Part shown: one piece after another, positions 54,919-64,000 of the stretch
Layout of the letters: the number at the start of each line of letters is the position of its first letter
Numbering within the stretch: the stretch's first letter is position 1
Assembly (NCBI GenBank): GCA_951406725.2
Contig: OX597832.1
Span: 10,292,001 to 10,356,000 of the forward strand
Length of the DNA: 64,000 bases
Direction: 5' to 3'
Origin: Octopus vulgaris
Lineage: Eukaryota
Translations under genes and position numbers: made by a program
The notes under the pieces: generated by a model
What the model was told of the DNA's origin: nothing
What the model saw: the letters and a program-made list of their open reading frames with translations, nothing else
Databases searched by the model: none

Positions 54919-55220
54919 ATATTTCTCTGTAGTACTAAAGCACATTATCGTAGTATAATATAAACAAACTTCTTTATCAACATTTCTTAATCTATTATTT
55001 TGTATATTAAACACCTCATGTTAAGATGTATTTGTCTTTCTCCCATCTTCTTCCCATAAATTTTTATAAATATAAACATATTTCCCTATAGTACTTCAAA
55101 GAACGTTATCGTAGTATAATCTTCTTTATTAACATTTCTCAATCTACTTCTTTGTATATTATTCCTCTCATGAGGAATCTGTCTTTCTCCCATCTTCCTC
55201 CCATAAACTTTTATAAATAT
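54919..55220. repeat. Diverged tandem duplication (~150 bp)
   Basis: Copies at 54919-55077 and 55078-55220; on the minus strand both read YK(N/S)LWEEDGRKT. Confidence 0.85.
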
Positions 55221-55700
55221 TTTATACATATAATTTTAATTATAATTATAAATATCTTTTTCAAATGAAGTTGATGTCTTAACATCATTTCCACGTTTAA
55301 TATTAGCTAAATTTAAAAGATCAGTTCCTAATCCCATGAAGGCCGCGTCGTAATAAGTTGATTATTACATTTGGAAATTACTAAACGAACCCCTCAAAAA
55401 GGTTATTTCATAATTGAAGACGGGAAAATATATTTCCTTTTTCCTGAAGATATTCGGTAATATATAGTTTATTGCAGTTATACATATTCGGATGTTGATC
55501 ATTCATATAAAATGTCGGATTGAAATATATGTAGGATGTTTTCGGTTAATTTTCATTTGTGTTGTTGATCCGGTTTGTTTTATTCTTATTCTTACATATA
55601 TATATATATATATATATATATTGAATAACTTTCAATATACCTCATAAAGTCAGTTGTTATCTAAATTATTAAAAATCCCTTACGTTGAAATTGTATCCTC

Positions 55701-55803
<103 letters not shown>

Positions 55804-57059
55804 GACATATATATATGACTTCCCTTTGCAAATACTGACAGGACTATCCATTAACTAAATATTTCGTGTTTATATTACAAACAGTATTATATATATTATG
55901 GGACATTTAAGAGATAAACATTAACAATATGTCCTGATATGTATAGTTCAAGACTTCATAGCTTATAACCACAATATGTAATGATAATCTATATCGGAGG
56001 AAGTATGCCATCACTTTACGCATAGCAAGTCAAAATAGAGTCTTTATACCGACACATCGATAGTTATGATCTTATACATGTACTTATGGTATATATCAGA
56101 CATAAGATATATGCATGTCTATGTATGTGTACCAAGGTGTACATCTGTATATGTGTAAAAGTGTATACATTGACGTCAGAATATATAAATTTAAGGCAAA
56201 GTTATAATAGGTTTTCTATTTCCTAGAGTTGTCTGGATGGGTTGTAACCGTGATATCCGCCGTTGTTTTAATATCGCGGGGTTGATAACATCCACATTGT
56301 ATGTGTTGATAGCGTAAATGTGTTTTATAATGCCATGCAAACTGACAAAAAGTAATCATTTCAAACAGTACGTATATGAAATATGCTTTCTGGCATCAGT
56401 TGATAGTGTCTCGTTCGTGAATTGTCTTTTAGTTCTGTTTTTTTGATCGAGTTTTCATTTTTGAAATGAACCAGGTGTAAAGTAAAATATATATCAGTGA
56501 TGTTTAAATATGTCTGCATTCCCTTAAATTTAGTTATCCCTAGTTCAACCCTGATCAAATAGCTGTAAACCTTCTCTTTCTTTGGCATCCAATTGCAACG
56601 GGGTAAACCCAGTAGATATTTTCATTAGATAGAAATATATATTTTAGTAGATAGAAATAGAAAGGTCCCCGGTGTTTTCGTATGTACATTTAACCTACTG
56701 AATTCGCGAATTTTACCAAACCCAGTACATTTTATAAACATCGGTTTCCTTCTCTCTTCATCCATATGCTCTATCGTGCTCCTGTTAATTAATTGGCTTT
56801 GTGAACACTTGCTCTCTTAATCAAATTATGACAGACAACGGATAAATTTTAGAAGGCCAATAAATGTCCCTCATATGGAGACATGTGGTTTAATGAACTT
56901 GACTACTTTTAGCAGCGGAGTTAATCATCTGAAATAATACATCATGGTTTCTTTGGAATAAATGGCAATCGCTCCAATGGGTTGAATATGGGAAATTAAT
57001 CCACTTTTCCATAATTCTCTCACGCTTCCTCACAAAGAAGGTATATTTGCAAGATCATC

Positions 57060-57990
57060 AGAAAAGGGACGATTAGAAACATGGACAAAATTTACTAACC
57101 ACGATGCGCGGGTGGATAGTACTGGCTCGACTGATATGGTCTACTAGAGAGCTTTAATCTATTAGACCGTTACTGACTGGATGAACCAAACGTTCCACAG
57201 TAGATGTGGAGTAACAACAACGTCTCACGCAGGTCGTACTTACATTGGGTATTCCTTAGGAAAAGAGATAATAATACTTTTAGTTGTCCACAATTTTGTA
57301 TAGTGCCTTACACGGATCACAAATTTTGACGTGTAAGGTACATGTAGATAAATGTTATAGACAGAGACCCGAGTACTGGAAGATGAACAAATCTATTTTG
57401 ACTTGTGAAGCATTTTGTACCCGGATTAAGGAGTTAGTACAGAGGGCCTTATGCGTGGCACCATCATTAATGATAGATGTTGGCACGCCCTCAAAAGAGC
57501 CATCCGTTTATCCATTAGATTTAGCAATCAGCTAAGTTTAGATATGACTGGAATAGACGGTGATTTAATTAAGAACCTAGAACACCGACATGTCCAAGAT
57601 GTGGGTTGGATGATGAAAGCGTTCAGCACGCTTTTGTATAATGTCGGGAGCTGTCAATAATGATATGTTACGTAGAACACGTGTTGTTACATCTGAGAGG
57701 AGTACGGCTATCGGCTGGATCTATAATAAAGATGGTACCGCCAGCTGGACTAAACAAAGGAAGGTGAGGCATGTTTTCTGTGTACGGTTGCAGTATTGAA
57801 GGAAGCGTATGGAGATCGAGAAGGTATTGTGACAAGGTCCTTCGTCTCTGGCCCCGGGTTGCTAACTGACTTAAAGTAACATCTGATGAGCAAGATGGGG
57901 ATGGAGAGGAAAACCCTCTCGCGAAGTGTATATGAAAAATGATGGAAGCATGTGATGAGAAAGGTGGGTGTTAGTAACCCAACTTAATCA
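57060..57990 (+). mobile_element. Decayed L1/Tx1-clade LINE ORF2 (APE end joined to C-terminus, RT deleted)
   Basis: LLDRY*LDEPNVPQ*MWSN..SRRSYL, TDHK, RPEYWKMNKSIL (GxWKLNxSLL), CWHALKRAIR. Confidence 0.7.
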
Positions 57991-58229
57991 CCAATGAAGG
58001 AATAAATACATAGTTGTTGAGCCTTACAGGCTGCCGGATGCGTTGCCTCTGTAATTCTTTTTAAAGAAAAGTTTTAAACACAAGTCAAAATTAAACTCTA
58101 TATAGCTGAAATTTTTAAAATGTCCATGGGAACTCATCATAACTTCTATATGTATTTGTAATGTATATAATATCCCCATCTGTGTAGGATTTTTATAATC
58201 GTAATACAAAATTCAGCTAGCAAGGCCAC

Positions 58230-59760
58230 GCCTTTTTCGTCTAGGACAGGGTGCTGTTTCAGTTGTTGGGAATTTTTGTAAAATGTGTATTGAAAAATTT
58301 ATTGGAATTTGCACTGTTGAAAGCTATAATTTTCACCCTACGGTGTAGAAAATTTCTGCAAACAATTTATTGTAAGTCTGTGAAGTCAATTTCTCAAAAT
58401 TTTTGTGACCAACAGCAACAGGAAGGGGTGCAAATAGCGACGTAGTGCAGGTCAAGGAAGTCACGTTCGACGAACGAAGCCTTAAAAAAAGAATATCGAG
58501 CTAATTGCTAATGAAGGAAAGAACCCCTCCAAAAGAAATGCTGGAGGAAACAGCGAAAAAACGGCTAACTTCAGAACACTGTCTAGGAGCAGCAAAATGG
58601 TTGAATTAGCAAGCATTGGAAAAATGGAAGCGTGATTCCAGGGGGAGGTGAAACAATGTACCACGTACTACACCAGAGGCAAGAAGTACGATATAGACGA
58701 GGTACGGTTAGTGACCAAACAAGATGAATAAAAGTGCTCCACTGTGCCATTAAGGTCGAATGAGTGGGAACTACTGCCTACCAATTGTGACAAACGTGCG
58801 GCCAGAATTAGGATTGGCAGAGTGCTCCCAGAAGTTGATGAAACGTGGCTGGTGGTCGCCAACCTCTTCAACGCCAGGAGGAAACCAATTTCCTGAAGGT
58901 CACGAGGACAAGGGAGGTGAACTGGTTTGATTACAGCCTTGAGGTAACGGGCCAAATCAGTGTCACGGGACTTCAAAACATTGTGGATGAGATTGTGTTA
59001 CCAGATTTTATCAATAGGTGCTTTGTTTGGGGGATTTATATTACAAAATATTGTTATTCATTTTAATGAAGTGATTGTTTTACCTTTATTATATAAAATA
59101 TTGGTAATAATATTATTGTTATTTAGATTAATATTATCTTTTAGATTATGAGGTGATAAGGTAAGAAAAATTAATTATAGATTAATGTATTGGTGTAATA
59201 GTAAAATATGATTTATATCTTCTTTAAGAGTTTATCCATTTATATTAAACTATGAGTGATAGTGGAGGGAAGACTCCCGTGTGCACCCACTGTGGATTAT
59301 GGGGTCACATGCATGCGAGATATTCCCAGAAAGAAGAAGTGGAACAGAAGGTAGAACAGGAGCAGTAGCAGGAGGAGGTGGAGCAAGAGGTGGTGGCGCA
59401 AGGCCTTGTAATCGTAGTAATGGAAACAGTAGAAGCGAAACACCCAGTCGGAAAGAGAAAGAAAATGCATTATCGCCTCCAAAAAGCCCGCAGAAAAACA
59501 TAAAAGGCAATTTGGAGGAGATGCAGATAGAAGGTGCTGAAGTAGCAAAGAAGTGAGAACAAATGTAAAAGAAAGTATGCAGAAAGGAAAGGAAGCAACA
59601 AAGAGGAGCGACAGTAAGACGGAAACACAAGCACCTGGAAGATCGGGAGAGAGTAGATATGGAAAGAGGAAAGAGGAGGCGTAAAGAAGAAACTTGAGGA
59701 GGATGGTGGAATACAAGAATAGTATAGAAATAGAGAAGGGGAATACGAAGATGAAAAATG
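58230..59760 (+). mobile_element. Decayed L1/Tx1-like 5' UTR and ORF1 with a gag-type zinc knuckle relic
   Basis: RAARIRIGRVLPEVDETWLVVA, then VEGR..PVCTHCGLWGHMHARY (CX2CX4HX4[C>Y]) and a purine-rich low-complexity tail. Confidence 0.55.
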
Positions 59761-60225
59761 TCATAAGAGTTTAGATAACGGTAAGTGTATATACAGATGA
59801 CGACAGGGCGGTTTTGCTGGAGTGTGACAGAGCGGATAAATTGAAAGAATTGCTCGGTGAGCGGATTTAATTGGCAAACATGTGATTTCAATGTGACGAG
59901 TTGCCGTCAGTGGAGCCATTCGAAGACATTGTGCAATACTTTGTCGATGAATATAAAAGTAAAATTTGTAAAATTGAAATGTGTTATTTTTTAAAAAATC
60001 AACAATAAGCTGTACACGAACATGAATTGAAGAAACAGTTAAATGATACTGCTTGCTTATGGGAGAAAGTAAGACATTTCATTTTCTTCATTATATCACT
60101 ATTTTCATATTCATTTGATTTTTGTTTCATATACCCCACAGTAATATGTTGTCTGTCTTTCTTCGTCCCAAATGTGTAAGAGCAATATGATTATAATAAT
60201 GAAAAAAGCTAGTACGCCATGCTAC

Positions 60226-60267
60226 TCCAGACTGATGACGAGCAATGACTCAGAAACTAGTCTCCGA
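60226..60267 (+). ncRNA. Minimal type I hammerhead ribozyme-like motif
   Basis: CCAGA-CTGATGA-C-GAG-CAATGA-CTC-A-GAAAC-TA-GTC-TCCG. Palindromic stem III ACTAGT; stem I partly mismatched. Confidence 0.6.
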
Positions 60268-60339
60268 TTGCTGGCTTTGCTGGATGGAGTTGGTTATCTC
60301 CCACTTTGTAAACATAAGGATACAGGAAATGTGTCCAGG

Positions 60340-60470
60340 CCGAAACAGAGGTCCTTGCGTGTGCAGGCACTACTTCAATTAAAGCAATAATTCTGAAAAG
60401 CCAAATGAGATGGTCTGGCCATATTTTTCGAATGTGCTGAGATTGTAGATGAGAATGTCTATCGGTATAC
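60340..60470 (+). mobile_element. RTE-clade LINE C-terminal fragment
   Basis: TEVLACAGTTSIKAIILKSQMRWSGHIFRM (compare the RTE motif EVL.RA...SI......QLRW.GHV.RM). Confidence 0.7.
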
Positions 60471-60732
60471 TCTTTAAAAAACAAAGGGTTTGGGGCTCAT
60501 TTGAGGACCCATTAAAAGGGAACCCCCACCAACTATTCTGCCTCTATATTTGTGCTCACATTTCAATGCTATGTATTCAATAAGGTCTACAAATCTAGGG
60601 GATGTCTCAAAAGATATTTTAAGATCCACAAATATCGCAAACTAAGGACTCCTTCATAGAATAACTGCTACGTTTGTTGAGTATATAAACGATTTGGCCG
60701 CTTGTTCCTCTGGCGACAGTCAGAACGATGTT

Positions 60733-60780
60733 GACGCCTCTGATGAGAACCCAGTAATGTTCGAAAATCGATTAAGTTTG
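60733..60780 (+). ncRNA. Minimal type I hammerhead ribozyme-like motif
   Basis: CT-CTGATGA-GAAC-CCAGTAAT-GTTC-GAAA-ATCGAT-TA-AG. Perfect 4-bp stem II, palindromic stem III AATCGATT, weak stem I. Confidence 0.6.
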
Positions 60781-60882
60781 TTCGTCATTTTCCAATCTGC
60801 GGAGAAATGGCTAAAATTTGCCCTATTTATAATTATACCATATGCTACACGCGCGCACATACACTCACACTCACAAACACAC

Positions 60883-60928
<46 letters not shown>

Positions 60929-60995
60929 TACATAATATATTCATAAAGAAACCAGAATATATACTATTATAACATATTTTTTATAGTTACTATTG

Positions 60996-61074
<79 letters not shown>

Positions 61075-62328
61075 GTATATATACATATATATATATATAC
61101 GTGATAATGTGTACATATGAATACACACTATCAATACATAGAGGACAGAAAAATTATATGATACCTTCCAAAATTGTACTATAATTACAAGTATGGAAGG
61201 TTGATGTACATATATTGTGATAGCTTCCTTGCAGTATTGTTAGTGTGTTACCACCAATTACCTCCCATAGAATCTATATACAATCTTAAGCACTTAGTTT
61301 TCGATGGAGTATGCACGATCGTCTAGTTTTCTGTAACGGCGTTGGTATTATGAAACAACGTATCTACTGCTGTGAAGAATTCATCCATATTGCTTCGAAA
61401 TTTCCGATATGTGATACTTTGCCAGGTGAGTGCAATACGCAGGCATAACTCTCAGTGTCATTATCACATAATGACTCCGTCTTGTTGGTTGTAGCATATG
61501 GGAAGAAAATTTGAACAGGAAAATATCAGAGGATAAGAGATGAATCGGAAGTTGTTTGTCGATATACAAAATTATGAATGATTTTATTCTAGAAACTAAA
61601 TTCTAAAGCAATTTACCTTGTTTTTTTTTTATGGAAAACCTTAACAATTATGCAACGAAATTATTTAAAACGAAACTATTCTCTATATATTTGCTATTTA
61701 TTTGCATTAGAATATTTAGTTTAACGTAATTTGCGTAAATTTGTGTTTGAGGAGACACATAATGCTAAGCATTTATAAACACATTCTGAATTTGATATTC
61801 TATTCAGCATTAAACCTTAATTGGATTAAATGCTATACACGTAATTAATCAGTAATTAATTAACCAAATCATACTAGGAGGACGCAAATAACTCATACGG
61901 GAATATTTAATGTTCAATTGAAATTATTCGTTTAATATCTATGGAAGGAGATTCAGGAATAAAACTTGTGTTTTTGTACGAGTGTGAAACAGAAATATAT
62001 ATTACACGTTTAAGAAACAAATGATTATACGCTTAAAAGACGTTGTCAGAAAAGTGCTTTACTAAATATCGCAAATAATATATTTCTTCAAAACTTTACT
62101 ATTTTAATAAACAAAATTATGGTTATATTTTATATCTTATATTGAAAAACGTATTAAAAGGAACACTAAACACGGAAGCAAATGGAACCCAGACGAAGAT
62201 GGACGAAGATACTTAAATCACCTAGCATAGTTCTAATCATTTAAGATATATATATATATGTGTGTGTGTGTAATATATATATATATATATGTACATATAT
62301 ATAAATATATGTATAAATAAATAAGTAA

Positions 62329-62400
<72 letters not shown>

Positions 62401-62402
<2 letters not shown>

Positions 62403-62460
62403 TAAAGGCGATACCCCAGCATGGCCTCGGTTAAATGACTGAAACAAATAAAAGAATAAA
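62401..62460 (+). mobile_element. SINE family A 3' tail fragment
   Basis: ACTAAAGGCG..CCAGCATGGCC..AAATGACTGAAACAA. Confidence 0.75.
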
Positions 62461-62497
62461 TGTAAATATATATCGAATCTATCTATATCTATCTATC

Positions 62498-62533
<36 letters not shown>

Positions 62534-62917
62534 CACAAATATATATGTATAAATATATATGTGCACACACACACACACATATATATATAATTCTGTATAT
62601 TATGTGTACATATATATCTATATATGCGTGAGTCGATATATGCGTGTATCTCTTCATGCATGTGTACGTGTGCACGTATGTCAGATATTTTATGTTTGGT
62701 TTCGCGTCTGCCTTTACGTCCCTGTGTAGATGAATCAATAAATTTACTTCAATTGTAGATTCAACTACATACGATTACTTCTCGTTCTGATTATATTTAT
62801 GAAACATTTATTGCTCGATTTCGGCACCCAGTTGATATTTGTAATGTCGTATTTAATGTCAGACATAACTTTGATACAATTACTCAGAAAATTGACACAA
62901 ATACACACAAGCAAGCA

Positions 62918-62959
<42 letters not shown>

Positions 62960-63058
62960 ACACATACACACACATCAGAGAGCGCTCGAAGAAATATAGT
63001 ATAGAAGATATAATTATATATCTCCCTTTCTCTCTCTCACTCTCATTATATATATATA

Positions 63059-63147
<89 letters not shown>

Positions 63148-63936
63148 GTTCTCTCTATCGCTCACTCTCTATATATGTATCTATCTGCCTATCTCTCTTT
63201 ATATACATAAATACACTCACATATTTTGATATCTATGTTATGTGTATGTACATATGTTTGAATCACTTTCATATAACTACACAACACACACATTTTCAAT
63301 GATTTACTGTAGGCGATTTTTACGTTATTAGCAACAACGTGAGTGGCCGCTTTGATCGTTCGTTTTGTATTCTGTTAAACATCATGTTCAAGATTTACCA
63401 TCACCGTCACCGTAGAGCAAATTATGTATTCGGTCTTTACTCTCCTGTTTTCTGATCAAAACCTTGCAAGTACATCCCTTAAGGTGAAGGAAGATGCATT
63501 AGTGAGTTTTCAAAAAGTGAGCTAATGTCATTTTGCAGACCCAAAGGACAAAATGGTTACTATTAGAAATATTCTTCAATTGAATGCCTTTAAATTTATG
63601 CGTTCCATGTTGATACCGCTGAAGATACTTAAATTAGTACCAAAGCCGTTCAATATCGAATTGATCACTCGAAGCCTACACATCATTAATGGGAATGAAT
63701 ATATATATGTATATACAATTATATGTACGTAGGTATTCATGTGATTTCGTGTGTACTTTTGCATTTGTGGTGTTCAATCAATATGTGCATGGGGGTGTTT
63801 GTATATATATATATCTATATATATATATATGTATGTATGGATAGGCTTATATGCATATACATACATATATATCTATCCATAGATACATACCTATTTATAT
63901 GTGTGTATTTATACGTATACATTTATACAAACACGT

Positions 63937-64000
<64 letters not shown>

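Overview
AT-rich eukaryotic (metazoan) intergenic or intronic DNA saturated with (TA)n/(CA)n/(AAT)n microsatellites and transposon relics. The SINE repertoire suggests an octopod cephalopod (inference). I found no intact host protein-coding gene, and most ORFs in the track are microsatellite artefacts. Recognisable elements: a complete but decayed hAT transposon with TIRs and an 8-bp TSD (1657-4029); two mariner relics; four R4/Dong-type RT+RLE non-LTR retrotransposons, including a near full-length copy inside an (AAT)n tract (44368-48129); Penelope-like element (PLE) remnants; CR1, RTE and Tx1/L1 fragments; and about 15 tRNA-derived SINEs from several modular families. The most striking signal is a set of at least eight mutually dissimilar type I hammerhead-ribozyme (HHR) motifs. 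They have palindromic minimal stem III, some have greatly extended stem II, and one has a compensatory G3-C8 core. Several sit in short inverted-repeat cassettes or next to (TA)n tracts, suggesting a diverse population of PLE-derived, retrozyme-like non-autonomous elements. Also notable are a TSD-flanked insertion encoding a chromo-shadow-like peptide and a decayed, possibly virus-like region with a stand-alone GIY-YIG relic. All calls are from manual reading; no database searches or folding programs were run.
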